From: a virus
Strand: one strand, 5' to 3'
Virus record (IMG/VR): IMGVR_UViG_3300017667_000009
Location: 4,444-68,443 of that record
Length of the DNA stretch: 64,000 nt
The notes beneath the pieces were generated by a model that ran no database searches, was not told where the DNA came from, and saw only the letters and a list, made by a program, of their open reading frames with translations. Positions 38,801 to 45,924 of this stretch are shown in pieces. Both the position numbers and the translations under genes were made by a program. Every line of letters starts with the position of its first letter. The first letter of the stretch is position 1.

Positions 38801-39395
38801 CTTCTTTCAAATACTTAGCGATGATAAAAACTTTGGAGACAAGATCACCAAGTTTGCGGGCCGCACGATAAAAACGGGGTTGGTTCCCAATGCATTCACC
38901 CAGGTAAGCCGAAGCATTCAGGAGATCACCAATACCCCAATGAAAAAGGGGGATAGCTTCTACGCTCAGTTGTTCCGCGACTTCCCGGCCATGCGAGACA
39001 ACTTTGATACCATGTATAATACCCTGGGCGAACCGATTGTCACCGAAACTCTATACAAGTTCAACCCTCTCAAAATGTCTACAATGGCAGATGAGAAGGA
39101 AAAGGATAGCTACAAATTATGGGAGCTTATTTCCAGCACAGGAGCTTACATCGGCACCCCAAGCAAGTCCACTAGAATCTACGACTCATTAACCGGTGTA
39201 GATAGAGCCCTAACCCCAGAAGAGTATAACATATACGCTCTGCAGGCAGCCAAATACACCAAAGAGATGCTATTGATTGACTACGATGATCTAGTAACAG
39301 AAACCGATAAAAGGCTGATCAAAGATCGTATCTACCAAATCAAAGAGATGGCCAGAGAGAGAGCTAAAGGGGAATTGTTTGAGTCCATGTATTAA
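29892..39395 (+). CDS. giant polyvalent protein (kinase-like, two ART-like, JAB/RadC, zincin domains), probable ejection protein
   Basis: GGAEQDVY..DVHSENV..IDP; GTYLST..GFDSV..ELIVFD; HNHPSG..PSQSD; FHSSP..GYGLYF..GIDGI..YVVFD; HELAH. Confidence 0.85.
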   Translation: MGKKLKWTPPADAVAVEDNPVKWTPPQDAEPVMANGLTEEQDKQKSLAELTTPKKTGREAELESASAFVKPFVDFGKKAWSALTDMLPSGVAAGEAGMMRSKNAFEDKIVNEAYPSTSTPAGPVAPFVTDEMRKAAIENYSKKVGADSFQKEKQGFEGAIDTRKLGLLDYSRQQDKESAENTKGVIQDTKDIKDISTAASYVAGAMGNVIGLAPAMVVPIFPYLMEKGEAYKGGLSEIEKATGKSEEQILKEDLDKTARDNSDISGAVNTALEGLGTLSVFGKFIPKSLSVKLITKIFKSRFGGITAGAIGEGGTEAIQALNTKLAAKMSTGKYNDIFEAANDLTDQEIEEIKQEGFAGAVGGGGMSATSQLISKNENEPSIEPTTQEAPSNPVQRPEEAAQPTVVQPVQPSAQEVAKPVENINLAPDGKENKVDPEARGAQQEITGISQEDAENVTRGVQEASPTTEGAQRSERQLKKDQDQELEAYAKKTGTFIEDPKEAFGEKLAGGAEQDVYLSKNGDKVIKVNGLTNHGGWADFWDRLTLQKELFPSTAYNLIGFTKSGGRLSAISEQNRIIGTEVPRQELIQNLAEKGFYQIHPEGSPGQNQFYNPESGVRLSDVHSENVLKDADGNIQYIDPMLDRENPFVDEESQKYFNEQKAKYAEEIKPQSPSAIEGKKPISTTDGKVNQGGQGRQEGLLTPQEKGEVKKTSPVSNLVTEGIDDLKEIAKAEKATPLTDEQEKQAIEIAKKYNNEVKNPSKTGKEVVIANSFEESINIGKYGDKNAIRPGMAKSYKISKSGTPIDKIAQKASHSFDGSETSISPDDVWQFMVDHNSGPNTIYTPAGNPVLKDLSDQFTKIAGKGINRKTLKAFLSNMAEKYGSIDSVGRFVDKYYVDGVLDVEKVKKDIDNDPDFQENNQLSDYEFQLLTEDIYGQQEQGGELQPIPGNLDQQGGRQESKTGTEGGAIQAEFGDQTTSAEERVAEITSQPLTHVPGLNMGKGLVSGTYLSTEKDNRYEGTPQKATVKIKKPFVFKDENAIIPLRNKILQENKDKFTADDLENPFGELESIDDLNDAGIDKLAEMVRERLRTEGFDSVYLPSTETQEGELIVFDRENVDIEAGLQKVEEGSQELLGPYQLEALQRINKAQGDLLAAEKAYKAKKDTLAKSITEDQIDIFGNRNGDEGKLFQQSAADRDQVKKQLDELQRRVDKARQELESAKSSLKKAIEADKNSLFKDEKTKKTTEGVPYLSNPSANYGTGNSSVQRKDSPSNGIGSSIKAVWNKFKNIQFTGTTRVTSAADVADIMRLLEDKSVEHSFAVHVDQDGNSHIQFLSLGVTAGTVVDAKLVLAGVTKFNSKKVYLVHNHPSGNLDPSQSDIVLTNKIKSGLQDIGVDSEHLIMDTYKKEYTIINGKNSKQYKRKDRQDGVPLETHIMDEQTILKVPQTQIKDSRDIATFVQQLQYTAMPKNAVILLNIKNQIVGNYVFQDGIDLKQLTQWIGESATVMSVVFYGNQNNTLQVNQATSTLKNLDVNVLDYIVTGSNSQSIQGYYKSMSDGTLREDQEKYGTNNVNNPDRKASIKNALLKIAKGLIQSKQATPDNVIEKLREYLKGKRFGVTAKEIDQSIKSFNRYDKEKLTEFAEFVKKEEGDQVTDKKSVQKVMQDVFGLSEEESQSTAEVYDAVLSAIANRQGTTLEEQYQKIKFSKADKELADALAQNPAVKYQISLFHSSPYLFDKFRLSEVGKGVGQQKLGYGLYFLDQEGPTRGYATYPFVSKILPQFFKKYKAGKIDVAERLAYDFGGDLAIYKNQLAKEGKKLFGASQATNELSQLESLEQEINKRGLGTFTYKASAHQGKSPDQYDYLDGNTPLTAKQVEKLANSGISVEGMTGQQAYDAIAKERGGQKQASEFLLENGIDGITYSDEAMFVDKSRAKGSKVYVVFDDNAVSIEETIKFQRDAERVKGAMRDMMNGQAIIYALTNPDVSTPVHELAHIYENYLSSAERKDILEWSGQKEWNVETSENFARGFEQYLKDGQAPNSKLQQAFENFKKWLNDIYQNINPSKIELNAKMKGIYAQMTDVKASENKSQKQKPAPKSAESNQSIESSKKERTIAKRYLSDESVSDEVKQGLSQEGRYYIPTTDLTRQAEADAYIEEKGIDQSIADITDPNNGLSDQNRIFIGKTIYAQLKQEVKTSETPNAVRDKINRLVEEIAKLGTRAGQTVQAFANMFASDAEQVAYSLTKEYNKSRNEALDINKANVDDLISLILDKAPKEALQSLLSDPRIKAILDESKKSENLRQSKRKQFTQKVLNKLDEIEKQIDDSIKSGRVNLDFSMGLLPLTYKAAINTIRLAVKAGDSLADAVEKAINEVKQNNKDWDESDFRKQFASDIKEERKADRKTLLEYLQGESFKDLAIGHYKTLNSKKQELQEALEKDLEPSEAKRLMDTLEKIVGEKRQKLIEQKFGSKLSLPKKKRLVKQMADKIKEFTDLGVLSDKKLRDAYLESIELPAISDEQSKKLEELVERAEAKPMGWQRFEAVQDIIRYHQQVTPLSWGSVVESIWYANMLSSLSTHKVNFEANAVRTMAETFVSSVQSVIEYKNPKVAFKNISFQLKGLVEGYNRNLKEAANILKNGYYPVKSNKFEGFAGVKTSQASVLEVLNKKNPLSWWRYVGRLLTATDILFYGGLKHMRAHQLAFREAYSKNQNTFDKTTLAKANELIGRTSIQLNAAQTRAESEGLTGKQKNRRIYEIMEQSWSELNREDATSFAVKGTYNHEPEGVMGLLSSSISTLTTSVPIVKTVVPFTRVISNVVNDYLDYTPWGLVRAAKGGMGIPTKPSYSKFTAEELLREKIKAISGSMAMVTLYAMSQSEDDDEPLLEITADGTGSFKNNFELARTGWKEYTAKIKGTDIRFDYRNTQLAIPFAVIGYINDSRKYKKDEMNDTQIGLIVSGTFHFISDLSFLSGMSDFFQILSDDKNFGDKITKFAGRTIKTGLVPNAFTQVSRSIQEITNTPMKKGDSFYAQLFRDFPAMRDNFDTMYNTLGEPIVTETLYKFNPLKMSTMADEKEKDSYKLWELISSTGAYIGTPSKSTRIYDSLTGVDRALTPEEYNIYALQAAKYTKEMLLIDYDDLVTETDKRLIKDRIYQIKEMARERAKGELFESMY
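31024..31152 (+). CDS. nested +1-frame ORF A (42 aa)
   Basis: MNRVLNQQLRKRLVTLFNALKKRPNQQLFNQYNQVLKKLQNQ; A-rich upstream sequence. Confidence 0.45.
   Translation: MNRVLNQQLRKRLVTLFNALKKRPNQQLFNQYNQVLKKLQNQ
31174..31323 (+). CDS. nested +1-frame ORF B (49 aa) before kinase domain
   Basis: MEKKIKLTPKHEEHNKKSLESVKKMPKMSPEEFKKQAQRLKAHREANGN. Confidence 0.45.
   Translation: MEKKIKLTPKHEEHNKKSLESVKKMPKMSPEEFKKQAQRLKAHREANGN
32692..32850 (+). CDS. nested +1-frame ORF D (52 aa) before ART-like domain
   Basis: MDNKSKAENYSQFLVTSINRAADKRARLAQKEERFRQSLGIRLQVPKSESQK; AT-rich upstream sequence. Confidence 0.45.
   Translation: MDNKSKAENYSQFLVTSINRAADKRARLAQKEERFRQSLGIRLQVPKSESQK
33604..33729 (+). CDS. 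nested +1-frame ORF E (41 aa) before JAB domain
   Basis: MKKPKKQPKEYPTSQTLPPTTAQVIPPYNGKIHPVTVSVLQ. Confidence 0.35.
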   Translation: MKKPKKQPKEYPTSQTLPPTTAQVIPPYNGKIHPVTVSVLQ

Positions 39396-39424
39396 AAAGG
39401 CTACCCTCAAATAGCCTTTTTTGT
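39394..39424 (+). terminator. intrinsic terminator after polyvalent gene
   Basis: aaaaggcta/tagcctttt stem plus T-tract. Confidence 0.7.
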
Positions 39425-39541
39425 CTTTGTTTGCGCAGAAAAAAACGAGCATTTTTTACCCTATTGCATGGGGGCTATATCTGGTGGCCATCCTAATTGA
39501 TTAACAAATGTATATTTTTATTTACTATTATCAAATAAATA

Positions 39542-39934
39542 TTACATTTTGTTTATAAAGCGCTCAGGCAACCACACGTTTTCAAGTTCCTTGGCATCTT
39601 TAAAAAGCGGGGCTATTTCTTTTGGGTTAATTCCTGCCAATCCGCAACCCACTTCTGTTACTAAGAAATCCAAATTTTTGTTATTCTTAGCGAACTCTAT
39701 AAAATCATCTACAAAAGGGGCTATCTCATTGATTGATAGCGTTCGAGTTACACTGGCATCCTTAGTTGGAATGCCGTATGTTTTGCCTTGCAATCCTTTT
39801 GCTTGCCCCCACTTTGCTCCCCAGCTCAAAGCAGTTTTGGCGGCTCCCCTGCCGTGTTTCCCTGATAGGTTAGATCCAAATACAAAAATCTGATTGTCTT
39901 TTAACTCGGTGATGTTTGGGTTAGTTATTCTCAT
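39542..39934 (-). CDS. A1S_2505-like phage protein (probably macrodomain-related)
   Basis: IFVFGSNLSGKHGRGAA...YGIPT...FLVTEVGCGLAG...IAPLF; start reassigned to MRITNP. Confidence 0.8.
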   Translation of the reverse strand: MRITNPNITELKDNQIFVFGSNLSGKHGRGAAKTALSWGAKWGQAKGLQGKTYGIPTKDASVTRTLSINEIAPFVDDFIEFAKNNKNLDFLVTEVGCGLAGINPKEIAPLFKDAKELENVWLPERFINKM

Positions 39935-40011
39935 AAGTTGGCTTATTTTTCCATAAATGTAAATAATATTTATTATTTGTTTTGTTATTCTTCCAACCAG
40001 CGTCCGTAATA

Positions 40012-40902
40012 TCACATTCTATCAATCAAATGTCTGCCCGAGTTCTTCACCATCCTTTCCAAAAACAGCTTATCTCTCTTTGGTATTTCAAACCGAATGA
40101 TGTTTAAGTTCTTGTAGTACCCATGGTCCAAGATAAAAGGAAGTCCATCGAATGGAGGCCCTTCGATAATAGCTTGAGATATAAAATAGTATTTTCTTTG
40201 CTCCAAAGGATCATCAATTTGCCCAGCTAATTCCATTATTGATTCCATTTCGCTTTGATACGGGCAAAAAATAATAAGCTCTCCAAAATCACAGTTAGGC
40301 ACAATTCCGTTTACTTCGAGTAGGGTTGCGTTGCTTACGATCTGCCAGTAAAATTTCTCCCCGTCAGCGTGTTTTTTTACCTTCAGCCCTTTCTTATTTG
40401 TGTATCCGAAGCGAAGTGCATTCATGGCATCTATACCCGTCAGTCCTTCGTACAGTGGATCCACTAGAGAGCAGAATGATTTTAAAGTGAATGGCGCTTT
40501 AATGTCTCCACAGGTATTTTCTTTTTCTGCATCGGGCGTACCGCACCAAAAGTCATATTTCGGGTGAACAATGGTTTCCTTGGATATCAGTTTATAATCT
40601 ACATCGAGCACTTCAAATACTTTCTTCTCTACCAGTTTCCCCCAGGCTAATGGTCTTGCGTTCGATTCCGCGTCAATAGACTTACCCATTCTCCTCTCCA
40701 TATTGCACTCATGGATGTAGGTTGTTGCGGGGTCGCTCAAAATGGTCTCGTCCTCAATAGTAGTAGTCGCGCTCCCCACCCCTTCCTTTGGCCTTTTACC
40801 AAGTTCTTCCTTGGTCATCTTCCGGGTTCCAAAGGTTGTCAGGGCTACTATCTCGCTAGAGGTAAATGAGCCGTCTCGTAGTTTGTTGTCTAGTGTTGTC
40901 AT
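40012..40902 (-). CDS. YqaJ/lambda exonuclease-like PD-(D/E)xK nuclease
   Basis: FTSSEI, WGKLVE, GTPD...DIKAP, YWQ. Confidence 0.8.
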   Translation of the reverse strand: MTTLDNKLRDGSFTSSEIVALTTFGTRKMTKEELGKRPKEGVGSATTTIEDETILSDPATTYIHECNMERRMGKSIDAESNARPLAWGKLVEKKVFEVLDVDYKLISKETIVHPKYDFWCGTPDAEKENTCGDIKAPFTLKSFCSLVDPLYEGLTGIDAMNALRFGYTNKKGLKVKKHADGEKFYWQIVSNATLLEVNGIVPNCDFGELIIFCPYQSEMESIMELAGQIDDPLEQRKYYFISQAIIEGPPFDGLPFILDHGYYKNLNIIRFEIPKRDKLFLERMVKNSGRHLIDRM

Positions 40903-40910
40903 TTTATTTT

Positions 40911-41201
40911 TTACTGTAAATCCACTAATCTCTCCTCCTCAAATTCACTATTATTAGTCTGCTTTATTCTCCTGCTAAGAAGGGTTGCTAATTTCTCGAT
41001 TTCAATCATCAAAAGTTTTTTTCTATCCCCTAGATTCAGAAATAAAGAAACCAAAACCCTAAGTTGATTAACGTTAATTTTCAACAGGTTTGCGGCCTCA
41101 ACTTTCGAGTAGTATCGCTTCATTTCCTTTAGCTTTCTTGTGGCATATTGACGGTACACAATTTTCCCGTTCTCGCACTTTTTTTCGGCTTTTGGTTTCA
41201 T
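40911..41201 (-). CDS. hypothetical protein, possible HTH DNA-binding
   Basis: YYSKVEAANLLKIN segment. Confidence 0.5.
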   Translation of the reverse strand: MKPKAEKKCENGKIVYRQYATRKLKEMKRYYSKVEAANLLKINVNQLRVLVSLFLNLGDRKKLLMIEIEKLATLLSRRIKQTNNSEFEEERLVDLQ

Positions 41202-41401
41202 TTCATCTCTTTTTTATGGATTTCGCCTAGTTCGGATGCTATTCGCGCTCCATCTCTCAAAGAATATTCACCTCCGAGCCTTCTCATCTCTGACTGTACG
41301 ACAAGGATTAATTCAGATAGATTGTCGCTGATTGCAACTACCCCTGTCATTCCTAGGGCCATCCTAAGAAATTGAACTTGTTTTTTTGTTGGTCTTTTCA
41401 T
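41198..41401 (-). CDS. hypothetical protein
   Basis: 67-aa ORF in coupled operon. Confidence 0.55.
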   Translation of the reverse strand: MKRPTKKQVQFLRMALGMTGVVAISDNLSELILVVQSEMRRLGGEYSLRDGARIASELGEIHKKEMK

Positions 41402-41412
41402 GTCTAAGTTGT

Positions 41413-41622
41413 TTAATCATCCTCATGCTCTCTCTCCCCCGCAGAGTAATCCGGTTCGTAATCAATCTCGTTCTCAGTGCCACAGAAAGGGCAAATTTCC
41501 GTATGTACGTCCTCGCCACAGTCCTCGTTTGTGCAGGCTTGGATAACTGGTACCATTGGGTACGGATTTGTTGGTAGCCCATCTGGTGAGTCGTATGGGA
41601 CGTGGTTAGAGTGCTTTGCCAT
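41413..41622 (-). CDS. small zinc-ribbon protein
   Basis: CTNEDC...CPFC. Confidence 0.55.
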   Translation of the reverse strand: MAKHSNHVPYDSPDGLPTNPYPMVPVIQACTNEDCGEDVHTEICPFCGTENEIDYEPDYSAGEREHEDD

Positions 41623-41624
41623 GC

Positions 41625-41948
41625 TTAGAAATAAATTGCTTTCTCTTTAAGTAGTGCCTCCTGCAAAATCATGTAAAGTATAATATCCCCTAGCTTCTCA
41701 TCAATCAGTTCTGCACTCGGGCATTTACCTTTATCCAAGTCGTTTAGTATATCCTGGTACGATACAAAGTGTTTCAGAAAGAACCCATGCAGCGCTCGTT
41801 GTGGAGTAATATTCTCTACTCTGGCTGCTGAATTGAAGTTGTGGAATACATCATTATTACGTCTGTACTCCTTACCTTTTACTACAAGCAGTTCGCGGAT
41901 TTTAGCTATCCTGTCTTCTACTATTTTATTGAACTGTTCTTCTGTCAT
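41625..41948 (-). CDS. nucleotide-modification-associated (DUF1599/dUTPase-fold-like) protein
   Basis: KGKEY..DVFHNF...KH...EKLGDIILY; start reassigned to MTEEQF. Confidence 0.6.
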   Translation of the reverse strand: MTEEQFNKIVEDRIAKIRELLVVKGKEYRRNNDVFHNFNSAARVENITPQRALHGFFLKHFVSYQDILNDLDKGKCPSAELIDEKLGDIILYMILQEALLKEKAIYF

Positions 41949-41952
41949 AATT

Positions 41953-42141
41953 TCAAACTTTATACCTCCTACAAGTCTTGCATTTTTTGACTCCGTACTG
42001 GCCTTCATCCCAGTCGTGGCCGTACTCGCACAATTCAAAGTTTAATTTGAACCGAACGGGCTCCGATATATGTAGGATTTTGAGAATGACATTTTGCTCT
42101 GTAGTAAATGTTTCCATAGATATTTTTAGCGATTTACTCAT
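41953..42141 (-). CDS. small Cys/His-rich protein
   Basis: CEYGHDW...CKTC; start reassigned to MSKSL. Confidence 0.5.
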   Translation of the reverse strand: MSKSLKISMETFTTEQNVILKILHISEPVRFKLNFELCEYGHDWDEGQYGVKKCKTCRRYKV

Positions 42142-42673
42142 ATCGGAAGTCGGTAAAGTGTAGAATTTTGCCTTGCCAGTCGATTTTAAACCATTTGCAA
42201 AACTGATGAAGTCCATAAAAACCATCGTTTTGAACCAACTTAACTACATTCATGGTGTCTTCAATTTCTTTTCCGTCAACCTTAATACAAAATTTTGCTC
42301 CATGCTCCCTGTATACTTTAGGATCAATCGATCCGGCACAAGTTATTTTGATCTTCTGTATACTCTTTATCGTGCCCAGTTCCGGAATCCCTTCGTTGAA
42401 GTGATGTAGTATCTTGTAGCCTGCGCCACGGTAGACCATGGATACTTTCATTCCTGCCTTCCAGCGATCGTGTTTGTCCTCTCGGAACGTGTGAATTTTG
42501 GGAGTGTAGTACTTTATTGAAACCGAATGAGTGTCAGGCCCATTGCGTACTGGTTCCTCACCACTAGGCTGAAAATAGCCTGCTCCGGCCAATATCTTCT
42601 CCCTAAAATTTGTCGGCTCAGGCTTTCCGTCTTCCCCTTTCCATGGGAAATATTGTTTGAATCCTAGTATCAT
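42134..42673 (-). CDS. ASCH/PUA-like protein
   Basis: KIHTFR...WKAG...NDGF..F..WF pattern. Confidence 0.55.
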   Translation of the reverse strand: MILGFKQYFPWKGEDGKPEPTNFREKILAGAGYFQPSGEEPVRNGPDTHSVSIKYYTPKIHTFREDKHDRWKAGMKVSMVYRGAGYKILHHFNEGIPELGTIKSIQKIKITCAGSIDPKVYREHGAKFCIKVDGKEIEDTMNVVKLVQNDGFYGLHQFCKWFKIDWQGKILHFTDFRYE

Positions 42674-42675
42674 GG

Positions 42676-43755
42676 CTACTTGTTTTCGGTTGCCAACTTA
42701 GAGGCTTGCTTCAGAAGCTCGTTGATCTGCTTTGCTACTGCCTTGCCTTTCTTAGATTTGAAATGAGTCCAAATCATTACGTTGTCACCAATCAGGGCAT
42801 CATTTAAAGTGTCAGCAAGCCACGCAAACTTATCCTTGTCAGAACTTAAAAGAAGTTTCTCTTCGGCTTCTTCTTTAGCCTTGCGATCGCTTTCAATTTT
42901 ATCCTCTGCTTCGCGCTTGGCTTTTGCTTCGGCCTCAATCTTTGCTTTCTCCGCAGCTTGCTTTTTTGCAAGTTCTAGTTCCTCTTGGCGAACTTTTTCC
43001 AGTCGCTCTTTTTCTTTAGCGTCCTCGATGGCTTTTTTCTCTGCATCAAGTTTATCTTGCTCTGCTTTCAACTTAGCCGCCTGATCCTCGTTAGCCTTTT
43101 TTATCTTCTCTTGCTCCAGCCAGAATGCCTCTTGCTGCTCACGTAGTTCTTTCTGCTGCTGCTCAAACAAAGCCTTTTGGCGCAATCCTTCTGCTAGTTC
43201 TTCTTTCTCTTTCTCCTCACGATCAATGCGCTCCATTTCCTTTACTCTCTCACTCTCTTCAAATGCCGCAGTGGCCTCAGAAAGTATCTGCTCAAACTGA
43301 AAATCAGCTATCTCTTTCAGTGTGTGAAAGTCCATTGCATAGTTCACCGCGTTCAATCGGTCCAGCATAGATTGTATTCTGGCAGATTCTTTTTTCTCGG
43401 CTTCAAGCCTGATTTTTTCTTTTTCTTCGTAAATCTCATCCTCCATTACACCTAAAGCATCCTCCATTGGCTCGATAATGTTCACCAAGTGGTTCTCTCT
43501 TTCAATAACGGCTTTCTGAAACCTCACGGCAGAGTCACGAAGCATCTTAGAGGCGTTCGTTATTGTCACACGTTGCTTCTTTAGGGTTTTCCGGGCGGTC
43601 TCTACAGCTTTCAAACCTTCTTTGTCGTCTACTCCGTTTACTTTCAAATCTTTGAAAGAGTCCCGAAGTGTGATCAGGCCCGCCTCTGTGATCTCGAAGT
43701 CTGTCTCAAACTTTTTGAGCTCTGTTTCGATGAAGTCTGTTTTTGCTATTTCCAT
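42676..43755 (-). CDS. long coiled-coil phage protein
   Basis: E/K/A-rich heptads. Confidence 0.7.
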   Translation of the reverse strand: MEIAKTDFIETELKKFETDFEITEAGLITLRDSFKDLKVNGVDDKEGLKAVETARKTLKKQRVTITNASKMLRDSAVRFQKAVIERENHLVNIIEPMEDALGVMEDEIYEEKEKIRLEAEKKESARIQSMLDRLNAVNYAMDFHTLKEIADFQFEQILSEATAAFEESERVKEMERIDREEKEKEELAEGLRQKALFEQQQKELREQQEAFWLEQEKIKKANEDQAAKLKAEQDKLDAEKKAIEDAKEKERLEKVRQEELELAKKQAAEKAKIEAEAKAKREAEDKIESDRKAKEEAEEKLLLSSDKDKFAWLADTLNDALIGDNVMIWTHFKSKKGKAVAKQINELLKQASKLATENK

Positions 43756-43765
43756 GGTTGCTTTT

Positions 43766-44152
43766 TTATAATCCCTTTTCTTTTTTAATTTTTTCGATCT
43801 CTTTTTTGTAGTGGTCTGTTAAGGCGTTAATCTCGAACTCAGCACGTTTACAAATTTGCCTAGATAGAACAAGTAGCTTCTCAGCGGTGCCAGCCCCATA
43901 CTTTTTATTTATAGCCAGACTGTATTTGAACTGATCGCCTGAATTAAACCTGTTCGACCCGCGAGATTGAGCATGTACGTTTTGCTCATGGAACTTTGTT
44001 GCTAGGTGTCTACGTCCAATAAAATGACCTGCATCGGCATCCTTCCAGTGCATTCGCTTACCCGTTGTTATGCAGGTTACAATGCCGTTATTATCAGCAT
44101 CACGAAGCCTTATGTAAATAGAAAACACCCGCCAAAGCTTATCGTCTTTCAC
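43766..44152 (-). CDS. ninG: NinG-family recombination nuclease
   Basis: FSIYIRLRD...CIT...DAGHFIGR...NVHAQ...N. Confidence 0.85.
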   Translation of the reverse strand: MKDDKLWRVFSIYIRLRDADNNGIVTCITTGKRMHWKDADAGHFIGRRHLATKFHEQNVHAQSRGSNRFNSGDQFKYSLAINKKYGAGTAEKLLVLSRQICKRAEFEINALTDHYKKEIEKIKKEKGL

Positions 44153-44349
44153 TTAGGAAGATTGTAGGCAGTCCAGAATTTTACGCTTACTGGAGTTAAG
44201 TCCCAACTCTCTAGCACTCTATACCATCCCAATAAAGGCACAAACACAACTCGTTTTGGGATGTCAGGACTTAAATCAGTGATCCCCAGTACTACTCCCC
44301 CCTCCGGCTTCTCAACCTTTTCATCAATCCAATTAATTTCTGTTTTCAT
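44149..44349 (-). CDS. hypothetical protein (DUF551-like)
   Basis: WI...P...VKFW pattern. Confidence 0.5.
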   Translation of the reverse strand: MKTEINWIDEKVEKPEGGVVLGITDLSPDIPKRVVFVPLLGWYRVLESWDLTPVSVKFWTAYNLPK

Positions 44350-44355
44350 ATTATT

Positions 44356-45180
44356 TTAAAATTTGGTTTCCTTCTTAAATCTGGTACTCATTTCCACCGC
44401 ATCATCAACGTCTTGTTTATTAGGAGCCTTCAATGGATAACTTTTTAACTCCTCCCCGTTGATAATAATTGGCCATTGATTTTTAGTCACCCTTGAGCAC
44501 ACGCCCACATAATCCAATCCCTTCTTATTGCATAAACCGAACAGATCAATACTCTCCTCGCCTTGATAGCTATATTTCCAAATCATACCTGTCAGATGAT
44601 TTCTCCACTCATCCGGCAGCATAACCATCTTTCCGTGAATGCCATTATCATCATATGCCATGATTTGCAGATTGTCCACTTGAGCGATACGATGAATAGG
44701 AATGCCAACCCTAAACCCAAAAAACACCGGCACGATATGGTCTATAACATATCCAAGTGTGAGTTTACCATTAGCGTCAACAACCTTGTCAATACCAGGA
44801 ATAAGACCCCTATAAGCTGTAGTCAATCTCCTTACCTGCTTATTGTAGAACTCGTAATCATACCCAACCATACACTCTTCACAGTGATCTACCAATTTCC
44901 CATAAGGCATGCGATACCCGTTTCCACAGTGGCATATATTCCATCTCATCTTCCCGTACTTAACCCTAGCGCCAGTCAAAGGAAGTGTCCCGTTAACCAG
45001 TCTCGTTATAATCACATCCGGAGACTTAAACCGAAACACATCGTAGAGACTCGCCATACCCTTCACCCTGTTATACAGCTTCAAGCTATCCCCGCACCAT
45101 TCACGAAGGCTCTTCACCTCAATCACCTTCTCGCCATCGTTAATCAGATAACTTAAATTCGCGCCCTTCCTAATTCTCAT
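44356..45180 (-). CDS. HNH-motif endonuclease-like protein
   Basis: IDHIVPV...NLQIM...N..H; CHC...CEEC. Confidence 0.6.
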   Translation of the reverse strand: MRIRKGANLSYLINDGEKVIEVKSLREWCGDSLKLYNRVKGMASLYDVFRFKSPDVIITRLVNGTLPLTGARVKYGKMRWNICHCGNGYRMPYGKLVDHCEECMVGYDYEFYNKQVRRLTTAYRGLIPGIDKVVDANGKLTLGYVIDHIVPVFFGFRVGIPIHRIAQVDNLQIMAYDDNGIHGKMVMLPDEWRNHLTGMIWKYSYQGEESIDLFGLCNKKGLDYVGVCSRVTKNQWPIIINGEELKSYPLKAPNKQDVDDAVEMSTRFKKETKF

Positions 45181-45189
45181 ACCCAAAAG

Positions 45190-45920
45190 TATGTATAGAT
45201 AGTAAATAATGAAAGATATATGTCATTATTATTTACATCGCCCCCAGTAACCCTCGATTTTAGCCCAATTTCACACCCTCAAACCAACAAAGCCGGTCTA
45301 AACCCCGTGTTTTCAGAGACCAGCCACCATAAAACCCCTATTCTAACTAAAACGTAATCCCAACAACACTCTCAAACGCAACAGTGTTGCATATTGGACA
45401 CCGAAACCACTAAAACAGTTTTAAAGTCAGAAGGAGTATGAGGGGAGGGCAGACCATATAAATATGACCACGACCAGACCGGCAGCGGAACGAAACCAAT
45501 ACGACCGGGTGGGGTGCCAGATACGGAAAGCCGTTTTTATTTTTAAAAAAGCCCCTCCCATGAGATGCAAACAAAAGCCATTAAAAGCTTATTGCAAATG
45601 TATTGCAAATGTATTGCAGTTCAGATACAAAAGCCTGATTAATAGCACTTTACACAAGTCGGGAAACTGATTACAAATCAAAAGCATATTATATTTGCAA
45701 ATCCAAACCAGACGCGGCAGCCAGAATAAATTTATTTGCAACAATGTTGCATTTAAGTGATTGAACAAGGCATCCCACACCCCTGATAGTATTACATTCA
45801 TTTAATGTAGTTAGTATAGTTGTGGACAAATTGTGTATAGATTGTGTATAACTTTGGATTACTTGTTTATTGGTTTATTGTCTTGTTTTTTTGGTTACTT
45901 GTTTTGTTTCTTTTGCTTTG
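45190..45920. promoter_or_regulatory. major divergent non-coding control region / possible origin or genome end
   Basis: Strand switch; GCAACAnTGTTGC palindromes, 11-bp repeats, three DnaA-box-like 9-mers, T-rich tract. Confidence 0.55.
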
Positions 45921-45924
45921 TGAT

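Noticed and set aside
45844-45924. Apparent N-terminal TM helix of the 155-aa ORF
   Set aside because: Arises from translating the DnaA-box-like and T-rich non-coding tract; ATG 45925 is the more plausible start.
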